Source: an uncultured Gammaproteobacteria bacterium
GTDB taxonomy: Bacteria > Patescibacteriota > Patescibacteriia > SBBC01 > CAIJZX01
NCBI GenBank assembly: GCA_964383765.1
Contig: CAYLHT010000001.1
Coordinates: 100,998 to 164,997 of the forward strand
Direction: 5' to 3'
DNA length: 64,000 nucleotides
Translations under genes and position numbers: made by a program
Shown here: piece by piece, positions 1 through 9,524 of the stretch
Layout: each line of letters starts with the position of its first letter
Numbering within the stretch: position 1 is the stretch's first letter
Notes under the pieces: model-generated
Told to the model about the DNA's origin: nothing
The model's input: only the letters and a program-made list of their open reading frames with translations
The model's database searches: none

Positions 1-1190
1 TGGTGACCAATCGCTTGGTAGGCAACCTCTTCCGGTAGGTTGTACTTCCGCATGATTTCGTACCCAAGCTGTGGGTGACCCCCTTGGACTTCGTGGTCGA
101 TAGCCTTACCAATGTCGTGGAGTAGTCCGCCTTTTTTGCAGACCGCGACGTTCGCGCCGACCTCTTCTGCGATCAATCCAGCCAGCAAGCCGACTTCTAT
201 GCTGTGCCGCAGTACATTTTGTCCATAACTCGTTCGGTATTTGAGGCGACCGAGGAGTTGCAGTAATTTCGGATCAAGCCCGGCTACGCCGACTTCGTAC
301 GCCGCCTCTTCGCCGGCCTTCTTCATGTCGCTCGCCATTTCTTTCTTGACCTGCTCAACCGTGTCTTCAATTCGACCGGGGTGAATTCGACCGTCGGAAA
401 TCAGTTTTTCCAAGACGCGCTTGGCTAAGTGTCGACGGACTGGGTTGAAACCAGAGATGACAATTGATTCCGGCGTTTCATCGACGATAATTTCAATCCC
501 AGTCAGCGCTTCGAGCGCCTTAATGTTCCGGCCTTCTTTCCCAATAATCCGACCTTTCATTTCTTCGTTCGGTAAATCGACGACCGTGGTTGAACTTTCG
601 GTGGATTGACTCGAGGCAATGCGTTGCATGGCGGTCGCGATCATCTTGCGCGCCTCTTTTTCGACTTCTTCTTGGGCTTGGCCCTGGACTTTCCGGATCC
701 GTGCGAGCAATTCTTCCTTCATGCGTAGTTCCGTATTCTCGACCAACACGCGCTTGGCATCGTCTTGAGACAAACCGGCGATCGTTTCCAACTTTTTCAT
801 CTGATCTTCGCGAATTTTAGCGACTTCGCTCTTGAGTTGGTCAATCTGAGCTGATTTCTCTTCGACAGTTTTTCGTTCGCGTTCAAAATCCATCAACTTT
901 TGATCGAACATGGATTCACGCTTCTCCAACCGTTCTTGCAAACGCCCCAACTCAGCGTGACGGTTCGTTTCCTCGCGCTTGGCGTCGTCGATAATCTTCA
1001 AAGCCTGGTCCTTGGCTTTGATCAGGACCTCACGTTCTTCCGACTTAGCTTTTTCGAGCAGGACTTGCGCCTTGGCTTCAGCTGACTGCGCTTCGCGAAC
1101 GGCCCACGCGCGACGCAAAAAATAACCCGATAAGATGCCGGCCGGAATCCCGACCAGCGCGATCAGCGCCCAGAGTGCTGCGGTTGACAT
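1..1190 (-). CDS. rny: Ribonuclease Y (N-terminal ~396 aa; C-terminus lies beyond window start)
   Basis: Manual minus-strand translation from ATG 1190-1188: TM helix MSTAALWALIALVGIPAGIL, long coiled coil, KH motif GRIIGKEGRNIKALE, HD motif LLHDIGKA. The ORF stays open to position 1 and is not in the ORF track because it is truncated. Confidence 0.9.
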   Translation of the reverse strand, partial: MSTAALWALIALVGIPAGILSGYFLRRAWAVREAQSAEAKAQVLLEKAKSEEREVLIKAKDQALKIIDDAKREETNRHAELGRLQERLEKRESMFDQKLMDFERERKTVEEKSAQIDQLKSEVAKIREDQMKKLETIAGLSQDDAKRVLVENTELRMKEELLARIRKVQGQAQEEVEKEARKMIATAMQRIASSQSTESSTTVVDLPNEEMKGRIIGKEGRNIKALEALTGIEIIVDETPESIVISGFNPVRRHLAKRVLEKLISDGRIHPGRIEDTVEQVKKEMASDMKKAGEEAAYEVGVAGLDPKLLQLLGRLKYRTSYGQNVLRHSIEVGLLAGLIAEEVGANVAVCKKGGLLHDIGKAIDHEVQGGHPQLGYEIMRKYNLPEEVAYQAIGH

Positions 1191-1422
1191 GGAAATGTAT
1201 TGAAGTAAATGAAGGAACAACGCCGCCAACAGCCGCACTGTGTCGTGAAGCGGAAAGGAGACTGGCGTGGTTCAACATGAGAGTCATGCTGGCGCCACGA
1301 TACCATGAGAGATTGTTTTGTGCAAGGTCAGCTAAATATTGGGAAAGAAAAGGCGCCGCCAGTCAGGGACTGTGCGGCGCGGGTTGATTGGACGATCGTG
1401 AGATCGCTGGGAACGGGAGCGG

Positions 1423-1734
1423 CTAAGCCGCGTAATGCTTGTACGTCAGCTGCAGCTCGTTGATCACCACTTGGTGCCCGCTGGCGACTCTCGTCACTGT
1501 GTCCCGCACGCCGTGAAGGAGGTCGCGGAACTGCCGTCGCTGGTCGACCTTGAGCTGATCGCGTTGAGCCCTGAGGCGTTCACCTTCCTTGCGGAGGGCG
1601 TGCTCGGCGACTCGACGCTCATCTGCGCTCGCAGCCCGCAAGCAACGGCAGGCGGCCGACTGCAGAATGGACACCGGGTGGGTGGGAATGGATGGCTCCT
1701 TCTTCGGCCGTGTGACTTCGCTGGTTAGCGTCAT
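1423..1734 (-). CDS. Hypothetical protein (103 aa)
   Basis: ORF only, in a GC-rich stretch with mirror ORFs on the other strand. No recognisable motif. Confidence 0.3.
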   Translation of the reverse strand: MTLTSEVTRPKKEPSIPTHPVSILQSAACRCLRAASADERRVAEHALRKEGERLRAQRDQLKVDQRRQFRDLLHGVRDTVTRVASGHQVVINELQLTYKHYAA

Positions 1735-2063
1735 GCTAGTCCAGACCTTTCAGACTCCCGACGCAACGGGAGGGGTTGCGGCGAACAGCGTGAACGAAGG
1801 AAAAGCAGCTTAAGCTGCGATGTGTGGATCCATCAAGGGGATTCCTTTCGGATCAGAGGTTGGCAAGGGGCATCGGGAAGAACAGGGAGTGGGCGCACGT
1901 ACAGCGCGCTGGAGATGCGCTGCAGCGCCCGCGGACCAACGGAGGAGTACTCCGTTTGCGTGTGGTCCCGTGGCCCACTCCGAATCGTGATTGAGACGAG
2001 TGTGCCATGGGCACCATCTCGGTGTACTCTAAAGCTCCGCGCCTGTCAAGGCACGGAATTTTG

Positions 2064-2663
2064 TTACTTCTTAGCGATAATCTGGTCGACCAAGCCGTAC
2101 TTCTTGGCTTCGTCGGCGTTCATGAAGAAGTCGCGGTCAGAGTCCTTTTCGATCGTCTTGAGTGGTTGGCCAGTATGTTTAGCGAGAATGGCGTTTAGTC
2201 GGTCCTTGATTTTCAAGATGTGTTCAGCTCGAATTTTGATATCGGTTGCCTGACCTTCCGCCCCGCCCATAATTTGGTGAATCATGATCTCCGCGTTCGG
2301 TAAGGCTAAGCGTTTGCCTTTAGCCCCAGCCGCGAGCAAAACCGCTCCCATGGAGGCGGCCATACCGACACAAATCGTGGAGACATCGGGTTTCACAAAT
2401 TGCATGGTGTCGTAAATCGCCATGCCGGCGCTGACCGACCCACCAGGCGAGTTGATGTACAATTTAATGTCCTTACTCTTATCTTCGCTGTCCAAGAACA
2501 ACAATTGGGCGATAATCAGATTCGCTAAGTGGTCGTCGATCGCGTCACCGACGAAAATGATGCGCTCTTTTAATAATCGCGAGTAAATATCAAAGGCGCG
2601 CTCGCCGTAGGTCGTTTTCTCGATAACGGTCGGGATCAAAAATTGGTCAATCGGTTGTTTCAT
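2064..2663 (-). CDS. clpP: ATP-dependent Clp protease proteolytic subunit
   Basis: 199 aa. Typical ClpP sequence ([37 protein letters not shown]) with the Ser-His-Asp context. Confidence 0.97.
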   Translation of the reverse strand: MKQPIDQFLIPTVIEKTTYGERAFDIYSRLLKERIIFVGDAIDDHLANLIIAQLLFLDSEDKSKDIKLYINSPGGSVSAGMAIYDTMQFVKPDVSTICVGMAASMGAVLLAAGAKGKRLALPNAEIMIHQIMGGAEGQATDIKIRAEHILKIKDRLNAILAKHTGQPLKTIEKDSDRDFFMNADEAKKYGLVDQIIAKK

Positions 2664-2748
2664 ACGGCCAGCCTAGCAAACCCTCGAACATTTGACTAGG
2701 CCCAAGCCCCAAAAGAAAAACCGCACGCGGGGTGCGGGGTTGGCAACG

Positions 2749-3186
2749 CTACTCTTCAGGACGCGATCGCGTGCTTTCGCGGTTCGGCTTATGCATGGCC
2801 TGACGCGGGTCGATCCAGCCCACGAATTGGATCAGATCAATCGCCAGGTCAAGACGACCGAGGCAGAAACAGCTGGTGGCCAGCTGTTGCCACAGCCGCG
2901 TGTCATAGATGGCGTACGTGACGCCATCCATCGCGGTCAACAGTGCATGCCGGTGCTTTCCGCGTTGCGAGAAGTCGAGCGATCGCTGGAGCCGGTCATC
3001 AGCCATGGTCTGGTTCGAGGCGGGATACAGACCCGGAATCTCACGCTTGAGATTCTGAACTATGGCTCGAACCTCAGGGGTGATGTACGCCGGTAGCGGC
3101 CGGCTTTGGTCTGCCCGGAGACGCGTGGCTAAACACTCAAGGCTGATCGCAGCGATCTGCAGAACCTCCGGAAGATCGTTCGACAC
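2749..3186 (-). CDS. Hypothetical protein (145 aa)
   Basis: ORF between clpP and the DHH gene on the same strand. No motif recognised. Confidence 0.4.
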   Translation of the reverse strand: MSNDLPEVLQIAAISLECLATRLRADQSRPLPAYITPEVRAIVQNLKREIPGLYPASNQTMADDRLQRSLDFSQRGKHRHALLTAMDGVTYAIYDTRLWQQLATSCFCLGRLDLAIDLIQFVGWIDPRQAMHKPNRESTRSRPEE

Positions 3187-3233
3187 GATAACCTCCGCAG
3201 TGAATGGTGATGAGGTGAAGAGCTGGAGTGACC

Positions 3234-4238
3234 CTACGTGCTTGCCGAAAGACTGTCAACCACTTTCCAACCGCCGCCAGATTTGATTATTTTCCCACGC
3301 ATCCGAAATCCAGCGGCTTTGGTGTGCCCGCCGCCCCCGAATTGTTTGGCAATCGCGGCGACGTCAATCTCGCTGGTCGTGCGCAGGCTTCCCTTAATGA
3401 ATCCCCCGCGTTCCTCCTTTACTACCAAAGCGACTTTCCCATCACTCAAACTGTTGAGGAAATTAGAAATTCCGGTTGCCGCTCGATCATCCACGCCGCA
3501 CTCATGAAAATCTTGCAGGGTCAGCACCGTGGAGACGACGCCGGTCGCTGTGTTTAAGTTGAGACGCGATAGCGCCCGGCCCCATAACTGAAGTGTGCCA
3601 ATTGATTTATTGCGCATGGTGGCGGCGGTGATCGTCCGGTGATCCGCACCATAGCGCATCAGCTCCGCCGCGATTTCCATTGACTCTTGATTCGTATTCA
3701 AATGGGCAAAATGTCCGGTGTCCGTCAGAATTCCGGTCAGCAACGCCGTGGCCACGTGGGGCGTGAGCGGAACACCAAGGTGTCGTAGCAAACGGAACAT
3801 AATAATTGTGTTGGAACTAGCGCTAGCATCAATAAAATTATGATCAACCGCGGATTGGCCTTTGTGCTCGATCACGGTTGGATGATGATCGATGTTGACG
3901 ACGCTGGTTTTTGTTTGGTCACGTTGAATAAGCTCGTCAGCCAATGGACTGCGTTTAATGTCGCCGGTGTCGAAAATAATTACGAGTGGAAAGGCGTGAA
4001 CGCTGTCCGGCAACTCCGACATAATCCGATGGGGTTTCGTGAGGTACCCAAACATAGCCGGAATCGGGTCAGGCGAATACAGAATTGATTCCTGGCCGTA
4101 GTGCCGGACAACGTGATCCATGGCCAGCATTGAACCGAGGCTATCCCCGTCCGGCTGGGTGGTCATGGTCAGCAGCACACGTGGACTGGCTTTCAACAGT
4201 CGGTCGAGGGTTTGGGCGAAATGTTGGTCGGGGGGCAT
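3234..4238 (-). CDS. DHH/DHHA1 family phosphoesterase (NrnA-like oligoribonuclease/pAp phosphatase)
   Basis: 334 aa with DGDSLGS, FDTGD, IDHH and a C-terminal GGGH motif. Confidence 0.85.
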   Translation of the reverse strand: MPPDQHFAQTLDRLLKASPRVLLTMTTQPDGDSLGSMLAMDHVVRHYGQESILYSPDPIPAMFGYLTKPHRIMSELPDSVHAFPLVIIFDTGDIKRSPLADELIQRDQTKTSVVNIDHHPTVIEHKGQSAVDHNFIDASASSNTIIMFRLLRHLGVPLTPHVATALLTGILTDTGHFAHLNTNQESMEIAAELMRYGADHRTITAATMRNKSIGTLQLWGRALSRLNLNTATGVVSTVLTLQDFHECGVDDRAATGISNFLNSLSDGKVALVVKEERGGFIKGSLRTTSEIDVAAIAKQFGGGGHTKAAGFRMRGKIIKSGGGWKVVDSLSAST

Positions 4239-4402
4239 TGGGGAAATAAAAGCCTGGGACTGTACCTGAAACAGGACTAATCGTCAAGGATTGCTTGACC
4301 GTGGGTCCCTCCGGGCGTATCGTGCCGATAACGCGAGGAGGGGCGACGTTCCTTCCATTCCGAATATCGAAACCGCAAGTGGGCCGCACGGAAAGCGAGG
4401 CT

Positions 4403-4696
4403 ATGATGGAGGCTCATCGAGTTGAGATAACACGCGTTGTCCGACCGCAGCAGAAAATCGTCACCGATCCCCGCCAGATCAAGACAATTCTGTCGGCAAT
4501 CCAAGCCGGCGACCCGATCGAACGCTTCATTCCCTCACCGTGGGCAATCCGAGACACCTTTCATCTGAACGATGACCAGGGGAACATCATAAGGACGGTC
4601 CACGTCATCGGGTGCAACGTTGTCTGCGATGGCAGAAGGCATTATACCCTCGATGCATCAGCCTACCGGGCGATCATCGAACCCCTCATCGGCTAA
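4403..4696 (+). CDS. Hypothetical protein (97 aa)
   Basis: Trimmed from ORF 4295..4696 to the internal ATG preceded by GGAAAGCGAGG. First gene of a same-strand cluster of small genes. Confidence 0.35.
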   Translation: MMEAHRVEITRVVRPQQKIVTDPRQIKTILSAIQAGDPIERFIPSPWAIRDTFHLNDDQGNIIRTVHVIGCNVVCDGRRHYTLDASAYRAIIEPLIG

Positions 4697-4709
4697 TTCA
4701 AGCCGAACC

Positions 4710-4955
4710 ATGAAAGCGAGGTTGAAGATGGCAGTGTCTAGAGTCACTCGGGTTCACCGCGAATCTGAACGAATGGAAGCCCGACGGGTTCGGCTGCTTG
4801 AACGGCACAGGATTCCGCACCAACTCTTGGGTGACTGGCTGGCCGAATCGACCCACCATTGGCATCGGATTTCACCCTCGGCTCGCCGAGCGGTGCGGAC
4901 ACTCCTGACGCATCTCGAACAGACGCGACGACCAACGTACCCCGCTGAGGATTGA
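4710..4955 (+). CDS. Hypothetical Arg-rich protein (81 aa)
   Basis: Trimmed from ORF 4620..4955 to the ATG at 4710, just after the upstream stop. No motif. Confidence 0.3.
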   Translation: MKARLKMAVSRVTRVHRESERMEARRVRLLERHRIPHQLLGDWLAESTHHWHRISPSARRAVRTLLTHLEQTRRPTYPAED

Positions 4956-4987
4956 TCAGGACGATCCGCCGAAAGTGAGGTGAATGA

Positions 4988-5191
4988 ATGCCCAGGCGTA
5001 ATCGACGACGTCCGGGCATCTACCGGACTGCGTTGCGGTGCAACCGCTGTAGTTTGGTACAGACCATCTTCCGCAAGTCGAACCGCCGCCAACAGCCGGG
5101 GCATATCAAGACCATGTGGTGCTTCCGGTGTAAGTGTTCAACCCAGCACACCGAGCTGCGGTCGCTCAGATCGAAACCAAGCCGAAAGTGA
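4988..5191 (+). CDS. Small zinc-ribbon protein (2x CxxC, 67 aa)
   Basis: CNRC ... CFRC(KC) pairs about 24 residues apart, basic N-terminus, and RBS GAAAGTGAGGTGA upstream. Confidence 0.45.
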   Translation: MPRRNRRRPGIYRTALRCNRCSLVQTIFRKSNRRQQPGHIKTMWCFRCKCSTQHTELRSLRSKPSRK

Positions 5192-5200
5192 GGTGAGAGC

Positions 5201-5470
5201 GTGTTCACAAGGTACTTCACCGGCATTTTCCTCGTTGGATGTGCCATCTTGTTTCCCACCATCTTCCGCAGCCAGCCATACACAACGCGCTGGAGATTGG
5301 GAGGGGCCCTGATGCTGCTAGTGGCGGGCAGCATTGTTCTCTTCAACCCACCGCCGGAAGTTTTCATCTGGCTGATCTTTGTGGGCGCCGCAGCAGGGCT
5401 AGTTGCGGTCTGGCCGGTTCACAAGACGCTTCCCTTGTTCCTGCGGGACACTTTCAGATGGCGGTCGTGA
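5201..5470 (+). CDS. Small membrane protein (89 aa, ~3 TM)
   Basis: GTG start preceded by the same GAAAGTGAGGTGA leader as the previous gene. Hydrophobic segments throughout. Confidence 0.45.
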   Translation: MFTRYFTGIFLVGCAILFPTIFRSQPYTTRWRLGGALMLLVAGSIVLFNPPPEVFIWLIFVGAAAGLVAVWPVHKTLPLFLRDTFRWRS

Positions 5471-5662
5471 CTGTGATCTTTGGACAGGGAACGACATTCG
5501 TCAAAACCGGGGTGGGTACCGGTGCGATGGATGCTCGTCTCCCTGTCTTTTTCTTTTCTGCATAAAAGTCGTTTGCAAAAACGTAGCTCGCCCATTCATG
5601 GGCGATCGTTTTTGCCGATGAATCGGCAAGCTACCTGAACCGGAAAAGGGCCGCTTATTTTT

Positions 5663-5782
5663 TTGTCATTTCGAGCCAGCCAGCGAGAAATCTGCTTTGA
5701 TAATTTATCCGGCCAGATCTCTCCCTTCGCCAAGCTTCGGTCGAGGTGACAAAGAGTAGGCGGTCGGGGTTCGAAATGACAA
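5663..5782. repeat. Imperfect long hairpin repeat (TTGTCATTTCGA ... TCGAGGTGACAA ... TCGAAATGACAA)
   Basis: 12-bp perfect inverted repeat at 5663-5674 / 5771-5782, an inner variant arm at 5741-5752, and GAGAAATCTG / CAGATCTCTC inner arms. It lies immediately downstream of the rbfA stop. Confidence 0.6.
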
Positions 5783-5786
5783 TTGA

Positions 5787-6245
5787 TTACCGCCGCGGCT
5801 TCCGTGGATTTAAGGCTTGGCCGGGTTGCTTGCCGAGTGCTTCTTTTTGCTTGTCGCGCTCAAGCCGCTCGTCTTCAACCGTTTTGGCGTCGAGGCTTAG
5901 GCCTAAATCCTGCGAGGTCATGGCGTCGAGCACTTGGGTGATATGCTGGGCGCGTTCCTGTGATCGATCCAGCACGAACGTCAGCTTCGGCACGAATTTC
6001 ATGACCAACCGCTTGTTCAGAATGCTTTGAATGTCAGTTATCCGGTCGGTTACAATTTTCAATGCCTCATCTTCGTGGGTGGCCGGTAACACCGACAACC
6101 ACACCTTCGCGCTTTCCGCGTCGACCGCCACTTCAGCCTTACTGACTGTCACAAACATTCCCGACGGAAACTCAACTTCTCGCGACAAAATCGTGGCGAC
6201 TTCTTGTTGGACTAAAGAGTTGAGTTTTGCGATCCGTTCGCTCAC
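5787..6245 (-). CDS. rbfA: Ribosome-binding factor A
   Basis: 152 aa. N-terminal RbfA-like sequence (RIAKLNSLVQQEVATIL ... VTVSKAEVAVDAESAKVWLSV). Overlaps the infB stop by 4 nt. Confidence 0.9.
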   Translation of the reverse strand: MSERIAKLNSLVQQEVATILSREVEFPSGMFVTVSKAEVAVDAESAKVWLSVLPATHEDEALKIVTDRITDIQSILNKRLVMKFVPKLTFVLDRSQERAQHITQVLDAMTSQDLGLSLDAKTVEDERLERDKQKEALGKQPGQALNPRKPRR

Positions 6246-8065
6246 TTGGCCTCCTGAAGTGTCCGTTTCTTCGTGGTTACGACCGAGGCGATCACGGTAT
6301 CACCCACGGCCGCGCCAGTCACGCCCTCAACCTTCATGCCGCACTCGTTCCCACTCGCCACAGCTTTGATATTCTGCTTGTTCTGTTGCAATTGGGTAAT
6401 GGTACCTTTGGCCACGGATTGATTATTCCGCAGCACCTCAACTGCCGCGCCCATCGTCATCTCGCCATCGCTGACCTTTCCGCCAAACACTTGGAAAGTG
6501 TTTTCATTGCGGAAAATCGCTAATATTTTCAAACGGCCGATTTCCTTAGTCTCTGCCAGCGGCGCTAGCATGTCTTCCAAGCGCTGGGTGACGTTATCAA
6601 TCAAATCGTAAATGACTTTTGAGGTGACAATGTCAATCCCTTTGGTGCGGCCGAGTTGCTCGGCCTTGGGCGAAACCTGGACATTGAATCCGTACACGAC
6701 CGCTTTAGCCGCTTCGGCACGGAGGATGTCCGCTTCCGACACAATTCCCAATCCGCGCTGCACGATTTCCACCGCGACTTCTTGACTGGGAAGTTTTTTG
6801 AGTGACTCGAGAATAGCTTCAGCTGAACCAAGCGTGTCGGATTTTAAAATTACGAATAACTTCTGGATTTTCTTTTTTTTCTCTTCTTCAGCTTGACGCT
6901 CCTCCTCGGTCGCGGCAATCGTGACGGGTGTCGACCGACCGGCCACTGTGTAGACGTGTCGGGTGAGTTGATGTGATTTCACTTTCTTCTTCAAATCTTT
7001 CACTTCATCCGGCGCCACACGCAAAATATCGCCAACTTGCGGCGCAGCCTTCAACCCGAGAATTTGCATCGGAGCTGACGGCGACGCCTGTTTGACCGTT
7101 TCGCCGCGATCGTTCTTCATCGACCGTATTTTTCCGAAGACTTGTCCGACGACGACGTCATCCCCCACTTTGAGCGTACCCGTGTGAATCAGCACCGAAG
7201 CCATCGGCCCTTGCTTCGGGTCAACGTGTGATTCAATAATCGTGCCAATCGCCGGACGGTGTGGATTGACGTTCAGTCGCGCAGCATCAACGTCCGCCAG
7301 TAAAATAATTTGTTCAAGTAAATCATTGATGCCGTCTTTGGTTTTGGCTGAGACGGCGACAATCGGTACTTTTCCGCCGTACTCCTCAGCCAACACTCCG
7401 GCCTCCGCCAACTCTTTTTTCACGCGTTCAACATTCGCTTCAGGTTTATCGGCCTTGGTGATGGCGACGCCGTACGGTAACTTGGCCGCTTCAATCATTG
7501 ACCGCGCTTCGGTAGTTTGGGGTTTGATGCCATCGTCCGCCGCCACAACCAAAATTGCGACGTCGGCGATTTTTGCACCGCGCGCCCGCATTTGCCCAAA
7601 GGCCTCATGGCCGGGCGTGTCGATGAATGTCACCGGCCGGTCATGGGTGTTAATCTGGTAGGCGCCGATTTTCTGGGTAATACCGCCGGCTTCTCCAGCC
7701 GTTACATTGGTAGATCGAATCGCATCGAGCAACGAAGTTTTTCCATGGTCAACGTGACCCATGACCACGACGACCGGCGGGCGGGCTTCAAGTTTGGCGG
7801 CCGGATCTTCTTTGAGATATTCTTCAATCGGACTGCCGGTTGTTGAATCGCTCGTGGTTTCGATGTCTTCAGTTTGCGGCGCGACCGACTTTCCGAGATC
7901 CTCAGCAATGATCACCGCCGTGGCGAAATCAATTTCTTGATTCATGGAGGCCATCACGCCGTTTTTGATCAGCTCCGAGGTGACGGTCGTGATCGGTAAG
8001 CCAAGCTTGTCCGCAAAATCGCGGACGATGATAGTGGGTGGGATTTTGACCGGCGCGTCAGGCAT
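6242..8065 (-). CDS. infB: Translation initiation factor IF-2
   Basis: 607 aa. G domain GHVDHGKTSLLD, DTPGH, and the C-terminal IF-2 domains. Confidence 0.97.
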   Translation of the reverse strand: MPDAPVKIPPTIIVRDFADKLGLPITTVTSELIKNGVMASMNQEIDFATAVIIAEDLGKSVAPQTEDIETTSDSTTGSPIEEYLKEDPAAKLEARPPVVVVMGHVDHGKTSLLDAIRSTNVTAGEAGGITQKIGAYQINTHDRPVTFIDTPGHEAFGQMRARGAKIADVAILVVAADDGIKPQTTEARSMIEAAKLPYGVAITKADKPEANVERVKKELAEAGVLAEEYGGKVPIVAVSAKTKDGINDLLEQIILLADVDAARLNVNPHRPAIGTIIESHVDPKQGPMASVLIHTGTLKVGDDVVVGQVFGKIRSMKNDRGETVKQASPSAPMQILGLKAAPQVGDILRVAPDEVKDLKKKVKSHQLTRHVYTVAGRSTPVTIAATEEERQAEEEKKKKIQKLFVILKSDTLGSAEAILESLKKLPSQEVAVEIVQRGLGIVSEADILRAEAAKAVVYGFNVQVSPKAEQLGRTKGIDIVTSKVIYDLIDNVTQRLEDMLAPLAETKEIGRLKILAIFRNENTFQVFGGKVSDGEMTMGAAVEVLRNNQSVAKGTITQLQQNKQNIKAVASGNECGMKVEGVTGAAVGDTVIASVVTTKKRTLQEAK

Positions 8066-8124
8066 AGAATTGCTTGGCGATTTTACAAAAAAACAACTGG
8101 CGTGTCAATCGGCAGCCGAGTTTG

Positions 8125-8754
8125 CTAACTCGTCGCCTGTGTCAAAATCCGGACTTCAATCTCGGCCGGAACCAGGGCTTTGAACTTCTCAGCGTCAGCC
8201 AACGATCCAATAATTGAACCGTAGTGCATCGGAATCACGACGTTGGGGTTGATCCGTTTGACTGCTTCCGCCGCCTCTTCGGCTGTCATCACATATGTGC
8301 CGGACACTGGTAACAAAGCAATATCACAACGAAAGTTTTCCATCTCCGGAATCAGATCCGTGTCACCGGCGTGATAGATGCGTTGGCCGCCGAGGGTCAA
8401 GATGAAACCGACTCGAACATCTCCTGGCGGATGAAATTCTTTGTTGGTGTTATACGCCGGCACGGCCTCAATCTCAATTCCGGCGACGCTCACCTGATCA
8501 CCCGGCTTGACCAGATGAACATTGGGGTTGGAAAATTTGTCTGCACACGAATTGGCCACGACCATCTCGGTACTCGGCTGGGAGATGGCCGCGACATCGT
8601 TTGGTGAACAGTGATCAAAATGCTCGTGACTAATCAAGATTACGTCGGCTGGCGTGACATTCGGTGGGAGTTTCCACGGGTCAATGAAGACCGTCTTTCC
8701 ATCGCCGAAGATTTTGAAAGCGCTGTGACCGTACCAGGTAATGGCTGGGGTCAT
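8125..8754 (-). CDS. Metallo-beta-lactamase fold hydrolase (UPF0173-like)
   Basis: 209 aa with the SHEHFDH motif. Confidence 0.85.
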   Translation of the reverse strand: MTPAITWYGHSAFKIFGDGKTVFIDPWKLPPNVTPADVILISHEHFDHCSPNDVAAISQPSTEMVVANSCADKFSNPNVHLVKPGDQVSVAGIEIEAVPAYNTNKEFHPPGDVRVGFILTLGGQRIYHAGDTDLIPEMENFRCDIALLPVSGTYVMTAEEAAEAVKRINPNVVIPMHYGSIIGSLADAEKFKALVPAEIEVRILTQATS

Positions 8755-8756
8755 GG

Positions 8757-9515
8757 TCAGAAACGTCGGTTCGGGCCAACAATGACCGACAATTTTTTCG
8801 GTAACGTTTCTACGGTCAGCGGGGCCTTCACGACCGTCTGACCGTCTAACAGTAGATTCGTGGTGGCCGCCGCACCCTCAATTTTCGCCCGCCGAATCGG
8901 AAAGACGCTGGTGCGGCTGAAATCGTTACGCCAGCGACTAAACATACCGCTCGGCTGACTGGGGCGGACGACGAGTTCCAAGCGTCCGTCATTCGGTTGA
9001 CCAACGCCCACCTCCGAACCGAGGTTGGTGATTTCAAGCTGACCCTCGGGGTCAAGTGAGGAGACCGTGTATTTCCCGTCGCACGTAACCGAGGTCATAC
9101 CATTGGCGGATAATCGCAGTAAAAAGTAATTGCCGTTGGCTTGGCCAACATCGACGCGTTGGATAATCCGCCGCGACAAACAGTCACAGGCCGCAACACC
9201 GTGGGGTATGCCTAAGGCTTCAGCAATAAATTGGTCTGGGCCAATCGGCAGTAATCCGAGCGTCACACCGCGATCGACGATCAAAGGCAAAATTTTCGTG
9301 ACGGTTTGGTCGTTGCCCACCGCGATTACGGTCGTGGCGCCACGTTTAATCGCATCCGCGGTGGCGTCGCGCAAACTTTTCAGAATTGTCATCTTCTCCC
9401 AACGTCCTGGCAATCCTAAGCCAGCCATCCGGCTTTCAATTCGGATCAGCTCAGTTTGATATTTTGGATCATTGACAAAGGCGTCGACGACGTACACGTA
9501 ACTAGCCGTCGTCAT
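8757..9515 (-). CDS. Diacylglycerol/lipid kinase catalytic-domain protein (YegS/BmrU-like)
   Basis: 252 aa. VIAVGNDQTV in place of GGDGT, followed by LGLLPIGP. Domain assignment is from memory of the family. Confidence 0.65.
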   Translation of the reverse strand: MTTASYVYVVDAFVNDPKYQTELIRIESRMAGLGLPGRWEKMTILKSLRDATADAIKRGATTVIAVGNDQTVTKILPLIVDRGVTLGLLPIGPDQFIAEALGIPHGVAACDCLSRRIIQRVDVGQANGNYFLLRLSANGMTSVTCDGKYTVSSLDPEGQLEITNLGSEVGVGQPNDGRLELVVRPSQPSGMFSRWRNDFSRTSVFPIRRAKIEGAAATTNLLLDGQTVVKAPLTVETLPKKLSVIVGPNRRF

Positions 9516-9524
9516 ACACCGAGG

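Noticed and set aside
1785-1825. SRP (4.5S) RNA, because GAAGGAAAAGCAGCTTAAG resembles the GGAAGGAAGCAGC helix-8 motif.
   Set aside because: I could not build the GNRA-capped helix 8 with its symmetric and asymmetric loops, and the opposing strand motif is missing.
7242-7846. Plus-strand ORFs of 109-139 aa inside infB.
   Set aside because: They are antisense shadow ORFs of an unambiguous IF-2 gene.
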